Of a stretch of 64,000 bases of DNA, positions 9,672-19,416 are shown in pieces (within the stretch, counting starts at the first letter, position 1; each line of letters opens with the position of its first letter). Both the position numbers and the translations under genes were made by a program. The stretch comes from Patescibacteria group bacterium (GTDB lineage: Bacteria; Patescibacteriota; Patescibacteriia; XYB2-FULL-38-15), in NCBI GenBank assembly GCA_041650995.1, contig JBAZJZ010000003.1:22662-86661 (forward strand), in the 5' to 3' direction. The notes under the pieces are model-generated. The model searched no databases, was not told where the DNA came from, and saw only the letters and a program-made list of their open reading frames with translations.

Positions 9672-11717
9672 ATGGCAGAGACAAAAGAAAAAAAGAAAAA
9701 AGTGGTTAAAGTCCGGCCGATTAAAAAAATGGCAAGCCGCAAAGGAAAAGAGGTAAAAATGATTGAGGCAGCAGAAGAAATGGTGGAATTGCCTCCCATA
9801 AAAGAAGAAAAAATGTTAGAGACTGTTCGTCGGCCCGCACTTCCCAAGGGAAAAGAAAAACATTTAAGTAAAAAAGAGCTTGAAAAAGAACTAAGAGAAA
9901 TTTACGAAGACCAAGACGGTGAAATTTCGGATATGTCAAAAATTTATCATAAGAAAAAGAGCAGGGTGAAGAGATTTATGTTGGGGGCGCTGATATTTTT
10001 TGTCTGTGCCGCGGCGCTTTCCTGGGCAGGATTTTTCTTTTTTGGGCGGGGCAGGGCTTTTACTGGTGAAAATGTAAATCTGGAAATAATTTCGCCAGAT
10101 ACTATCGCGGGCGGAGAAAACGTGGAATTTATAATAAAATATAAAAATAACGAGACAGTCCCTCTCGGCCAGGCGGAAATAAGAGTAAGATTGCCGGATG
10201 ATTTCGCACAAAGCGGAGCGGAACCCGCTTCCTCGGACGGAGAAAATATTTGGAGAATCGGAAGCATCGCCGCGGGCAAGGGAGGGGAGATAAAAATCAT
10301 AGGATCACTTTTCGGCGCGGAGGAATCCCTAGAGACACTTCAGGCAGTTTTAACTTATAAGCCGGCAGATTTTAATTCTGAATTTCAAAAAGTGGCTACG
10401 GCTGTAACAAAAATACAAAGTTCCCTTTTAGACGTGTCTCTTTCCGGCCCAGAAAGAATTTTAACTAATAAGGAGACGTCTTTTAAAATAAAATATGAAA
10501 ATACAGGAGAGGCAACACTTCAGGGTATAAAAATTTCTGTAATCGCCCCCGCAGATTTTTCTTTTAAAGAAAAACAGGGAGAAAAGGAAATATCAAGTTG
10601 GGAAATTCTTGAGGCAGTGCCGAATGAAGAAAAGGAGATTAATTTTTTGGGGTCGTTTGGTTCGGCCGCTGAAGGAGAAAAGGAATTCAAGGTGCAGATA
10701 GGATTTATGAAAGGAGAAAAATTTTATCTGCAGAAAGAAAATTATTTCAAGACAAATGTTTTAGCCGGGGCAATCCTCCCGACACTTATTTTAAACGGCG
10801 ATTCCAAAGATCGCGCGTTAAATTTTGGGGATACGTTGAATTACGCCATTGTTTATCAAAATAAAGATAAAACAGATTTGTCTGACGTTGAAATAAAAAT
10901 GGTATTTGAATCAACTTCGCGCAACAACAAAATGATTTTAGATTGGGCCACCTTCAAAGATGATTATAATGGAACAGTGCTCGGCACCCAGCTTTCTCCG
11001 GAAATTCGTCAGGGAACAATTACTTGGACGAAACGGCAGGTTACCAATCTCTCCAAACTAGCGCCCGGCGTGGAAGAAACAATTAATCTCCAGATGAGGA
11101 TAAAACCTTTTTCCGAATTTCAAAATTGGGGCACTAAAGATTTTGAAGTTAAAAGCTGGGTGGAAGTTAATGTCGGGAAAAATGGGGCGGACGGGGCAGA
11201 GGAAACAATTCAAAGCAATAAAATTAATTTTAAAATAAACAGCGACATGGTTTTGCAAACAGCGGCGCGTTACTTTAACGATGATAATATCGCCGTTGGC
11301 AGCGGCCCTCTTCCTCCCAGAGTTGGAGAAGCCACGGCCTACAGAATTTTTTGGAACATAACAAACTCTTTGCACGAAATTACAGATTTGAAAATAAGCA
11401 CTATCTTGCCAGAGAACATTCGTTGGTCTAATAAACATGAAATTACCGCCGGCGAACTGAAATTCAACGAGGCGACGCGTGAAGTTTCTTGGACACTAAA
11501 TAGGATGCCGCTTGATGTTAATGCCCTTGGTGTTAATTTTGAAATTTTAGTTACGCCTACCGCGGCAGAAAAAGGTAAACTTTTAACTTTGCTTTTGGGA
11601 ACGAATTTAACAGCGACTGATAAATCAACCGGGGCAATAATTACGAAAACCGGAGAGGCGTTAACTTCCAATCTTGACGGCGATCCGGGAGCAGAGGGCA
11701 AGGGGATTGTGCGATAA
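9672..11717 (+). CDS. membrane-anchored protein with Ig-like beta repeats (CPR-type hypothetical)
   Basis: one TM, repeated I-x-Y-x-N beta modules, GPLPPRVGEATAY motif. Confidence 0.75.
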   Translation: MAETKEKKKKVVKVRPIKKMASRKGKEVKMIEAAEEMVELPPIKEEKMLETVRRPALPKGKEKHLSKKELEKELREIYEDQDGEISDMSKIYHKKKSRVKRFMLGALIFFVCAAALSWAGFFFFGRGRAFTGENVNLEIISPDTIAGGENVEFIIKYKNNETVPLGQAEIRVRLPDDFAQSGAEPASSDGENIWRIGSIAAGKGGEIKIIGSLFGAEESLETLQAVLTYKPADFNSEFQKVATAVTKIQSSLLDVSLSGPERILTNKETSFKIKYENTGEATLQGIKISVIAPADFSFKEKQGEKEISSWEILEAVPNEEKEINFLGSFGSAAEGEKEFKVQIGFMKGEKFYLQKENYFKTNVLAGAILPTLILNGDSKDRALNFGDTLNYAIVYQNKDKTDLSDVEIKMVFESTSRNNKMILDWATFKDDYNGTVLGTQLSPEIRQGTITWTKRQVTNLSKLAPGVEETINLQMRIKPFSEFQNWGTKDFEVKSWVEVNVGKNGADGAEETIQSNKINFKINSDMVLQTAARYFNDDNIAVGSGPLPPRVGEATAYRIFWNITNSLHEITDLKISTILPENIRWSNKHEITAGELKFNEATREVSWTLNRMPLDVNALGVNFEILVTPTAAEKGKLLTLLLGTNLTATDKSTGAIITKTGEALTSNLDGDPGAEGKGIVR

Positions 11718-11738
11718 GTGATAAAGAAATTAAAATTT

Positions 11739-11764
11739 AAACCCGCCACAATAAGGCGGGTTTT
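11739..11764 (+). terminator. intrinsic terminator
   Basis: AAACCCGCC-ACAATAA-GGCGGGTTTT. Confidence 0.8.
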
Positions 11765-11818
11765 GAGTTGACGGTTTTAAGATTTTAAACTAAGTTTATG
11801 ATAGAAGGAGGATCAGCA

Positions 11819-12040
11819 ATGTGTCGATTCGGACAGGAAGGCGGAGCGCCGATCGGAGGCGGAGATTCTTCCATGACGGAGAGGCCGGATGCGCCGAATT
11901 GGCAGGAGGCCAACGAATATCTGCGGAGGATGCTCGGTCCGAGGGCCTATGCCAATTTGAGGTTCAATCGGAGGGAACTTTCGATGCGCGACGCAGAGCT
12001 CATTGTTCGGCGATACGGCGGATCGAAGGACAAAAAATAG
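11819..12040 (+). CDS. small orphan protein (GC-rich cassette A)
   Basis: SD GGAGG before ATG 11819; TTGACG-17-TAAGTT promoter at 11768. Confidence 0.6.
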   Translation: MCRFGQEGGAPIGGGDSSMTERPDAPNWQEANEYLRRMLGPRAYANLRFNRRELSMRDAELIVRRYGGSKDKK

Positions 12041-12049
12041 GGGACGGAC

Positions 12050-12268
12050 ATGAACATCGGCCAATGGATCGAGAAGGTTCGTAATTCGCCAATCGGGCGG
12101 ACTCTTCTCGTACCAGTACGTACTCCAGGCGCGATAGTCAATTTCGTCTGGCAGACGTTTTCATACTGGCTGGACGAGCGGAACGCGAAGCGTGGCGTGA
12201 CACTTGATGTTGAGAGTGTTCGCCAGCGGGGCGAGCCGTTTCTGCCGGATCCGAGATGCCATCACTGA
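12050..12268 (+). CDS. small orphan protein (GC-rich cassette A)
   Basis: follows the previous ORF by 9 nt; terminator GAGTGGACC..GTTCACTC-T7 downstream. Confidence 0.6.
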   Translation: MNIGQWIEKVRNSPIGRTLLVPVRTPGAIVNFVWQTFSYWLDERNAKRGVTLDVESVRQRGEPFLPDPRCHH

Positions 12269-12327
12269 CGTGAGAGAGGGGGGGCGAGTGGACCAAGGGT
12301 TCACTCTTTTTTTATTGTAACAAAGAT

Positions 12328-12653
12328 TTATTCTATTTTTCTGCCATGAATCATTATCTGTATAAAAGCCGTTTGCTCAAATCCATGGCCAAAAAATGAT
12401 AAGCGGCCGGCCATTTTATAAAAATCGTCTAAATCCACGCCGCGTTCTTTGGCTAGATCTTCGAATTCGTTTATTAATTGCAGAGTAGTAACTTCTCCTT
12501 CAGTTATTGCTTCTAAGACATTGCCGCCGCGTTCTTTGATTATTTTTTTAACTCTTGTTCATGCCGAATGGCAATTTCTTTAGTTAATTCGACACCGCGT
12601 CTTGCATTAGCCATATTATCTTTTTGTTCATGTATTTTTCTCTCACCTTCCAT
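12328..12653 (-). pseudogene. frameshifted ~108-aa hypothetical gene
   Basis: MEGERKIHEQ..ELKK* continues in the -1 frame as IIKERGGNVL..HGRKIE* across an A7 run at 12543-12549. Confidence 0.55.
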
Positions 12654-12665
12654 ATTATTTATTAA

Positions 12666-12737
12666 TGCCCTCGGCAGGAATCGAACCTGCACCACCTCCT
12701 CCGGAGGGAGGCGTTGTATCCATTCAACTACGAGGGC
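12666..12737 (-). tRNA. tRNA-Arg(CCG)
   Basis: GCCCTCG acceptor, CCTCC-CTCCGGA-GGAGG anticodon arm, GGTTCGATTCC T arm. Confidence 0.93.
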
Positions 12738-13690
12738 TTTAAAATTTTTTTAGCAAGATTGTAAATTTTATACCACAAATTATTAATTGGCAAATCAAAA
12801 GTTCCGGGATAAGAAATTTCAAAACCACCAAAGCCTTTTTTAAAACGAGTGACTCCCGGCCATTTTTTTTCATCAATTCCCCAAAAATCGTAAAATTTAT
12901 AACCAAGATTTTTTGCTTCCTTAATAATTTCCCAGTGCAGAAAATATGGGGCCATTAAACTTCGATACTCATGTGAGGAGGCGCCGTGAAGATAAGTGGC
13001 CGTGTCGCCAAAATATCCGACGATGGCGGCGGCGAGTGGCATGTTTTCAAAATAAGCGACCATAAGTTCCGCGCGCATTTCTGTTTTCCCATCGCCGTTT
13101 ATATTTTTTAGCATGGATTCATAATATTTTTTGGGGTGTGCATGAAATTTATCACGGGCAGTAGTTTCTTCCATCAATTTCCAAAAATCTTCCAGAGCCC
13201 CGGTTTTTAAAACCAGATTTTTTTTCTCTGCCAGACGAATGTTATAGCGAGTTTTTTCGTGCATTAGAGAAAGCAATTCTTCGTTGGTTTTTAGGAGATT
13301 TAAAACGAGCGTTTGTTTTGGTTGAACGGACGCGACGCGCAGTAGTGGTGGTAGCAAGATTTCTGTCAGCGGTTCTATTTTTAAAAATATAGCTCCATCT
13401 TTTTGAGTGGTTTTTTTAATTTTGTCGATTAGCTCTTCTGGTTCGCCGACCGGGCCTCGAGGAGCATAAAAATATCCTTTCCTGAACGGCAGTAATTTTA
13501 CAAGCACGCCACAGATCGCCTTAAGATTATTTTTTTCATCAACTAAACCGAGCCGGTAAATTTTATGGCCATTTATCTCCTGAAAATCCAGCCACTCGGC
13601 GCTCTGTAAAAAAATCCCAGTCTGAGTCGGCTGGTTTAATAAAAAATCATTCCATTTAATTTTATCGTCGATTTGTTTAACTTCTAACAT
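12728..13690 (-). CDS. FemABX-family peptidoglycan bridge peptidyltransferase
   Basis: FLQS.EW, YAPRGP, KTRYNIRLA, YLHGAS, YDFWG, GVTRFKKGFGG. Confidence 0.92.
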   Translation of the reverse strand: MLEVKQIDDKIKWNDFLLNQPTQTGIFLQSAEWLDFQEINGHKIYRLGLVDEKNNLKAICGVLVKLLPFRKGYFYAPRGPVGEPEELIDKIKKTTQKDGAIFLKIEPLTEILLPPLLRVASVQPKQTLVLNLLKTNEELLSLMHEKTRYNIRLAEKKNLVLKTGALEDFWKLMEETTARDKFHAHPKKYYESMLKNINGDGKTEMRAELMVAYFENMPLAAAIVGYFGDTATYLHGASSHEYRSLMAPYFLHWEIIKEAKNLGYKFYDFWGIDEKKWPGVTRFKKGFGGFEISYPGTFDLPINNLWYKIYNLAKKILKPS

Positions 13691-13691
13691 T

Positions 13692-14246
13692 TTATTTGCC
13701 CAGATTTTTTAGGGCCGCTTTAATTTTGTTTTCCGCGCCTTCCACTTCTTCACCTATTTTTCCGACCGCTTCCTGTGCTTCATTTTTGGAATATCCAAGG
13801 CGGACAAGGGCATCCACAATTTCATTATCGCCCGAAACGGTTTTTCCGGTTACGAGCCTGCCTTTTAATTCCAGGATTATTTTTTGGGCGGTTTTTTTGC
13901 CCACGCCGGGAATAGTTCCGAGAATACCCAGATCGCCTTCGGAAACAGCCTTTTCTAATTTTTCCAGTTTATAAGCAGAGATAAGTTTGTGGGCCAGCTT
14001 TGGGCCAACGCCAGAGATGCCAATTAATTGCCAGAAAAATCTTAATTCTTCGGCCGTGCCAAAGCCGTAAAGTTCCCGGCTGTCTTCGCGTGCGTATTCA
14101 TGGGTGAAGACCTCAATAATTTCCCCGGATTTATATTTTAAAAGATGCGATTCCGGGAGAAAAACTTGATAACCGACGCCGCCTGTCTCCACAATAGCGA
14201 AATGGCCACCTTTATAAATGATTTTTCCTTTGAGATAGGAAATCAT
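13692..14246 (-). CDS. ruvA: Holliday junction branch migration protein RuvA
   Basis: MISYLKG, GGVGY, LYGF, ISGVGPK, IPGVGKKTAQKIILELKG. Confidence 0.97.
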   Translation of the reverse strand: MISYLKGKIIYKGGHFAIVETGGVGYQVFLPESHLLKYKSGEIIEVFTHEYAREDSRELYGFGTAEELRFFWQLIGISGVGPKLAHKLISAYKLEKLEKAVSEGDLGILGTIPGVGKKTAQKIILELKGRLVTGKTVSGDNEIVDALVRLGYSKNEAQEAVGKIGEEVEGAENKIKAALKNLGK

Positions 14247-14250
14247 AAAA

Positions 14251-15204
14251 TTATTTTTTCTTTTTAAATCTTTTGATGCGAATTAATCCGGAGCATGGAA
14301 TAATTTGAATTCCTCGTTTTTCCAGTTCATCTAAAAATAAATTCATACCGAGTGAATCGGATGACATGTGTCCGGCGATGATAACGTTGATGTGCGCCGC
14401 CTCGGCTTCCTTTTTATGTTCTTCGGATTGGTGCATGCCGATAATTGTGCCAACCCCGGCTTGAGCAAGCTTTTCATAAATTTTTGCTGAGGGTTCAGTT
14501 CCGCCAGTGATTTCCGTGACCGCCACTTTGCCACAATGATTTTCCGGATGGCCGGCGAAGAGCCGCGGTCCGGCGCCGAGTTTTATTGCTTCTTTATATT
14601 CAGGAATTTCTTTTAATAATTTTAAAATGTCGCCGACATATTCCGGTTTGGCCGCGGTGATTTTTTTCTTTAGAAAATTGGCTACCAAATTATCGCAAGG
14701 TGTATGGACATTTATATAGCTGATTTTTAAAAGGCGGGCAATATCAATCGGACGATAGTGATTAACAGGATTTACGCCGCGAGCCACTTCCTCAATTCGC
14801 GATTTTTGTACAGCCTCGGCGACGTTTATTGGCACACCATATTGGGCATAAACATCCGCCTGCAAATGCATTACGTCCGCCAAGTCCGTAAGGGCTTTGC
14901 CTCGCGGGTGATGGGCTAAAATTAAATCAGCGCCAAGCCGGTCAGCTAAGAAAATTTCGTCACCTTCCATATCAATGCCGGCGAGGATTTTTTTAATTGG
15001 AGTTTTTCCCGAGTCAAAATGGATTCGGCTATCCAAATATGGATTAGTCAGCGCTTCAAGATCAAACTCTTCTTTTTGTTCTTTATTTAATTTTTCGTAC
15101 TGTTCTTTTTTCCGTTTTAACATTTTCAAAACCGCCGTTTTTCCGCGTAAGTCGGAATTAATGCCCATCTGTATGCTTAAATCGAAAATTTGTTTTAGGT
15201 TCAT
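14251..15204 (-). CDS. NIF3 (NGG1p-interacting factor 3) family protein
   Basis: AHHP, HTPCDN, EITGGTE, GHMSSDSLGMN; start moved to ATG 15204. Confidence 0.85.
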   Translation of the reverse strand: MNLKQIFDLSIQMGINSDLRGKTAVLKMLKRKKEQYEKLNKEQKEEFDLEALTNPYLDSRIHFDSGKTPIKKILAGIDMEGDEIFLADRLGADLILAHHPRGKALTDLADVMHLQADVYAQYGVPINVAEAVQKSRIEEVARGVNPVNHYRPIDIARLLKISYINVHTPCDNLVANFLKKKITAAKPEYVGDILKLLKEIPEYKEAIKLGAGPRLFAGHPENHCGKVAVTEITGGTEPSAKIYEKLAQAGVGTIIGMHQSEEHKKEAEAAHINVIIAGHMSSDSLGMNLFLDELEKRGIQIIPCSGLIRIKRFKKKK

Positions 15205-15205
15205 A

Positions 15206-18046
15206 TTAGATTTTTTTAATGCCAAGCCAGACACCCGCAATTTCTTTTTGTCCTAAAACTTCGGGTCGGCCTTTTTCTAAGTTATTGCTTAGTGTTTCTT
15301 TTTTAATTTTTTCGCCAAATTCTTCTATTGCCTTTTCCGCGGATTCGCTGCCATCATAATAAATGTTAACCCGGTCAGCAATTGAAAGGCCAGCTTCTTT
15401 TCGGAGAGAATTAACCGTCCGGACAATTTCACGAACCAGACCTTGGGCTTTCAATTCCTCGGTCAATTCCGTATCTAACTTATCTTCACCGAATTTTAAT
15501 TCCAAAATATTGAGTTCGTCTTTAATTATTTCAATATATTCCGTCGACAGCTCTTTTGTGAGTATAGTAGAATAAGAGGCGAGCGGCTGTCTGATTTTTA
15601 TTCCGACCGAGGCGCGCGCCGCAAGTCCGGTTTCCACGATTTTTTTAGCCAAGTCCATCTGATCTAATATTTTTTGGTTAACTAATTTTTTTTCAAATTT
15701 TGGCCAAGTTTCAAGATGAACGGAAAGATTTTTTTCCGCGAGTTCCTGGTAAATCTTTTCTGAAACAAAAGGAGTAAACGGAGCGAGTATCCTCCCAAGA
15801 GTAGCAAGGACAAGGTGCAAAGTTGCGAGCGCTTCGTTTTTTTCTTCACCTTCGCTCTTGAATCTATCCCGCGAGCGTCGCAGATACCAGGTTGATAATT
15901 CATTGCTGAAATCCTGCAGACCGCGAGCGGCACCAACTACGTCATATTCATCCAACTTTTTGGTAGTATTTTTTGTCAGGAGATTTAGTTTCGCGAGGAT
16001 CCATTTGTCCAAAATATGGGACGGTTTTATTTTTCCTTCTGGTTTTTTGTCGGCGTATAATTTATAAAAACTGATGATATTAAAGAGAATTAAAAAGAAT
16101 TTTTTGATGACCCCATCAACTTCAACCACGCTAAAATTTTTCGGATCGCCAGGTTGGTTTATCGTGTAAAAAAACCAGCGGGCTGCGTCCGAACCATATT
16201 TATTGATAATATCCCATGGGTCAACAATGTTGCCTTTTGATTTACTCATCTTCTCACCCTTGGCGTCGCGCAGGTGGCCGAGACAGATGACGTTTTTGTA
16301 AGGAGCGCCGTGGCCCAGGAGAGTTGAAACGGCGAGCAGGGTATAAAACCACCCGCGGGTTTGATCAATTGCTTCCGAAATAAATTCGGCCGGGAATTGT
16401 TCACCTTTATCAATTTTTTCTTTATTTTCAAACGGATAATGCCACTGGGCAAAAGGCATGGATCCGGAATCAAACCAGCAGTCCAGCACTTCCGGAGTTC
16501 GTCTCATTTCGCTGCCACATTTTGGACAGGGGAAAATGACAGCGTCGATAAACGGTCGGTGGAGATCTAAAGTTTTCAGATTTTTTCCGCTTAATTTTTC
16601 AAGTTCCTCGACTGAACCCACAAAATGTTTTTCTCCGCAAGCGCATTTCCAAACAGGCAGTGGCGTACCCCAATACCGTTCACGAGTCAGAGCCCAATCC
16701 TTAACTTCCCTGAGCCATTCGCCGAACCGGCCGTCTTTGATATAGTCAGGAACCCAATTAATTGTTTGATTATTTTTTAATAAATTTTTTTTGACTGTCG
16801 GATCAGACATTTTGATAAACCAAGAACGTTTCGCGTAGTAGAGGAGCGGCGTGCCGCAGCGCCAGCAGAAAGGATAATCATGAGTGTAGGCAAGAGTCCG
16901 ATAAAGCAGGTTACGAGATTTAAGATCTTCAATAATTTCCGGCTCAACATTTTTAACAAATTTTCCGGCCCACTTTTTGACACTCGGAAGAAATAATCCA
17001 TTTTCATCAACCGTGTGGACTTCAGGGAGGCCAATTTTTTTACCCAAATTGAAGTCATCTTCGCCATACATGACCGCAGTGTGTACGACGCCGGTGCCGT
17101 CTTCAGTCGAAACAAAATCAGCCGAGGTAACATACCAGGCGCGTTTTTCGCCGGGATCGAGATAGTCCGGGAAAAGCGGTTCATATTCCAAATTGATTAA
17201 GTCCTTACCCCTTAGTTCTTTTTCAATTTCGTACGGCTGCCCTTCGAGCGTCTTCTCAGCCAGATCTTTGGCAACAATTAAATATTCCTCGTTTTGTTTT
17301 ATGATAAGATAATCGATTTTTTCGCCAACCGCTAGGGCCACATTGCCGGGAAGAGTCCATGGTGTAGTTGTCCAAGACAAGATGTAGAGTGGTAATTTTT
17401 CTTTTAAGCCGAGTTTTTGATCCCTAACTAAAAATTTTATGTAGACCGAAGTTTCCAGAATATTTTTATAGCCCTGGGCGACTTCATGTGAAGAAAGGGC
17501 AGTCCCGCAGCGCGGACATTGCGGGACAATTTTATTTCCTTCGTAAAGTAGATCCTTATCCCAGATCTGTTTTAAAATCCACCAAAGAGATTCAATATAA
17601 TAATTTTCATAAGTAATATATGGATGTTCGAGGTCAAGCCAAAAAGCGATGCGCTCGGTCATCTTTTCCCATTCTTCTTTATAATACCAAACGCTTTCTT
17701 TACACTTTTTATTGAAGGCCTCAATGCCGTACTTTTCAATGTCGGGTTTGCCTGAAAATTTTAATTCTTTTTCAATTTGGAGTTCAACCGGCAGACCGTG
17801 AGTGTCCCAGCCCGCTTTGCGACCGACAAAAAATCCTTGCATTGTTTTATAACGACAAACAATATCTTTGAAAGCGCGGGCTTCGACATGGTGCAGACCA
17901 GGTTTTCCATTAGCGGTCGGCGGCCCCTCAAAAAAAATAAAGTTACCTTTAGAACTTTTTTTTGCTAAAGTTTTTTCAAAAATTTTTTTGTCTTTCCAAA
18001 ATTTTAGAATCTCTTCTTCCATCTGGGGAAAATTGATGTTTGCCAT
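15206..18046 (-). CDS. ileS: isoleucine--tRNA ligase (type 2)
   Basis: EGPPTANG.PGLHH, GWDTHGLP, WTTTPWTLP, EAIDQTRGWF, KMSKS. Confidence 0.97.
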   Translation of the reverse strand: MANINFPQMEEEILKFWKDKKIFEKTLAKKSSKGNFIFFEGPPTANGKPGLHHVEARAFKDIVCRYKTMQGFFVGRKAGWDTHGLPVELQIEKELKFSGKPDIEKYGIEAFNKKCKESVWYYKEEWEKMTERIAFWLDLEHPYITYENYYIESLWWILKQIWDKDLLYEGNKIVPQCPRCGTALSSHEVAQGYKNILETSVYIKFLVRDQKLGLKEKLPLYILSWTTTPWTLPGNVALAVGEKIDYLIIKQNEEYLIVAKDLAEKTLEGQPYEIEKELRGKDLINLEYEPLFPDYLDPGEKRAWYVTSADFVSTEDGTGVVHTAVMYGEDDFNLGKKIGLPEVHTVDENGLFLPSVKKWAGKFVKNVEPEIIEDLKSRNLLYRTLAYTHDYPFCWRCGTPLLYYAKRSWFIKMSDPTVKKNLLKNNQTINWVPDYIKDGRFGEWLREVKDWALTRERYWGTPLPVWKCACGEKHFVGSVEELEKLSGKNLKTLDLHRPFIDAVIFPCPKCGSEMRRTPEVLDCWFDSGSMPFAQWHYPFENKEKIDKGEQFPAEFISEAIDQTRGWFYTLLAVSTLLGHGAPYKNVICLGHLRDAKGEKMSKSKGNIVDPWDIINKYGSDAARWFFYTINQPGDPKNFSVVEVDGVIKKFFLILFNIISFYKLYADKKPEGKIKPSHILDKWILAKLNLLTKNTTKKLDEYDVVGAARGLQDFSNELSTWYLRRSRDRFKSEGEEKNEALATLHLVLATLGRILAPFTPFVSEKIYQELAEKNLSVHLETWPKFEKKLVNQKILDQMDLAKKIVETGLAARASVGIKIRQPLASYSTILTKELSTEYIEIIKDELNILELKFGEDKLDTELTEELKAQGLVREIVRTVNSLRKEAGLSIADRVNIYYDGSESAEKAIEEFGEKIKKETLSNNLEKGRPEVLGQKEIAGVWLGIKKI

Positions 18047-18152
18047 ATATGATTTTACGGTATTTTCAAAATTAAAATTAGATTAAGATTTATGTATATC
18101 ATAACAAAAAACTCCCGATTTAGCAAGGAGTTTATGGCAACGCGGGACCTCT

Positions 18153-18938
18153 TTAAATTTTAATCTTTAAGCCGTCGTAAGCTAAAATTACAGAAAATTT
18201 TATTTTGTTTTTCCGACAATAAGAGTTGATTTCTTTTTGGGCAATTTTATGCGGCGGATAATTGTGGCCGATTTGGGTTAAATATAATTTTTTAGCGTGG
18301 AATTTTTTGGCTAAAGCAATTGCCCGTTCAACTGATAAATGCCAAGCCATTTTTGTGCCAAGCCACATGGCGCTATCTAAAAATAATACTTTGGCATTTT
18401 TAAAATATTTTTCCGAAGATTTGGGAATAGAACTAACGTCCGAGGCGTAAACCAGCGGGCCAATTTTAAATCCCAGGGTTAGAAAAGTTTTTTCTCGGAG
18501 GGCGTGCTTTACGCGAAAGGGAACAATTTTTAAGCCAAAAATTTTTAGGGAACGGTTCGGTTTTATAATTCGGTTCGGCAAAAGTTTGCCATAAACTCGT
18601 TTAAGATATTTTAAAGTTTGTTTTTCGGAGAAAATTTTTAGAGCGTAGTCCGCGGCAGTCAATTTTTTTAAACCGCCCGTTGCATCCGCGTGTCCGTGGG
18701 TCAGAAGCACCGCGTCCGCCGTGACGATTTTTTCTCGTTTTATTTGTTCTAGAAAATCAGGACCACAATCGATTAAAATATTTTTTTTATGCCACGCCAA
18801 AACAATTGAACTTCTTGTTCGCCGGCTTTTGCTTTTTGGTTTACGCGAGTCAAGGCAAGTAGAACAACGGCATTTTTTTCGCGGGATTGTTTCCGATGGA
18901 CCACTGCCTAAAACGGTAAGTTTTATTGACATAAGCAT
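18153..18938 (-). CDS. MBL-fold metallo-hydrolase (PhnP-like)
   Basis: LGSG, CRCSTC, IDCGPD, THGHADA (HxHxDH variant), AYDG. Confidence 0.85.
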   Translation of the reverse strand: MLMSIKLTVLGSGPSETIPRKKCRCSTCLDSRKPKSKSRRTRSSIVLAWHKKNILIDCGPDFLEQIKREKIVTADAVLLTHGHADATGGLKKLTAADYALKIFSEKQTLKYLKRVYGKLLPNRIIKPNRSLKIFGLKIVPFRVKHALREKTFLTLGFKIGPLVYASDVSSIPKSSEKYFKNAKVLFLDSAMWLGTKMAWHLSVERAIALAKKFHAKKLYLTQIGHNYPPHKIAQKEINSYCRKNKIKFSVILAYDGLKIKI

Positions 18939-18966
18939 TAAATTATTATACCATAATTTATAACTT

Positions 18967-19037
18967 GGGCCGTTAGCTTAGTGGTAGAGCTTCCGGTTTG
19001 CATCCGGAGGACGGGAGTTCGATTCTCCCACGGTCCA
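18967..19037 (+). tRNA. tRNA-Ala(TGC)
   Basis: cloverleaf, TCCGG-TTTGCAT-CCGGA, G3:U70 pair. Confidence 0.94.
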
Positions 19038-19064
19038 TTGTGAGTTTAATCTTAAAATAAAATT

Positions 19065-19307
19065 ATGAACGCACAACAAATCTATATCGCGATGGCCATC
19101 GTAGCCTTAGCCATTATCGCGGGTTTGATGTTTTTTGTTAAAAAGGGAAATCATCAATATAAACTATCTCCGTTTGCTGCTTTAGCGTTTGCATTTGTTC
19201 TCGCAGGAATTGTTTTTGGGGAAAGCAGATTAGTTGGTTATGGTTTAATGGGAATTGGTGTGCTGCTCGCCGTAATTGATATGGTTCAGAAAATGAGAAA
19301 GAAATAG
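19065..19307 (+). CDS. small membrane protein (3 TM)
   Basis: 80-aa hydrophobic ORF. Confidence 0.75.
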   Translation: MNAQQIYIAMAIVALAIIAGLMFFVKKGNHQYKLSPFAALAFAFVLAGIVFGESRLVGYGLMGIGVLLAVIDMVQKMRKK

Positions 19308-19416
19308 GATTTAAGAAAACAATAAGCCCAAAAAAATCACCTGCCGAGGAGGCGGTTTTTGTTATCCCTTGACCTTGTATAGTTTTTTTTCGCGCGGCGA
19401 GGTAAAATGAAATAAC

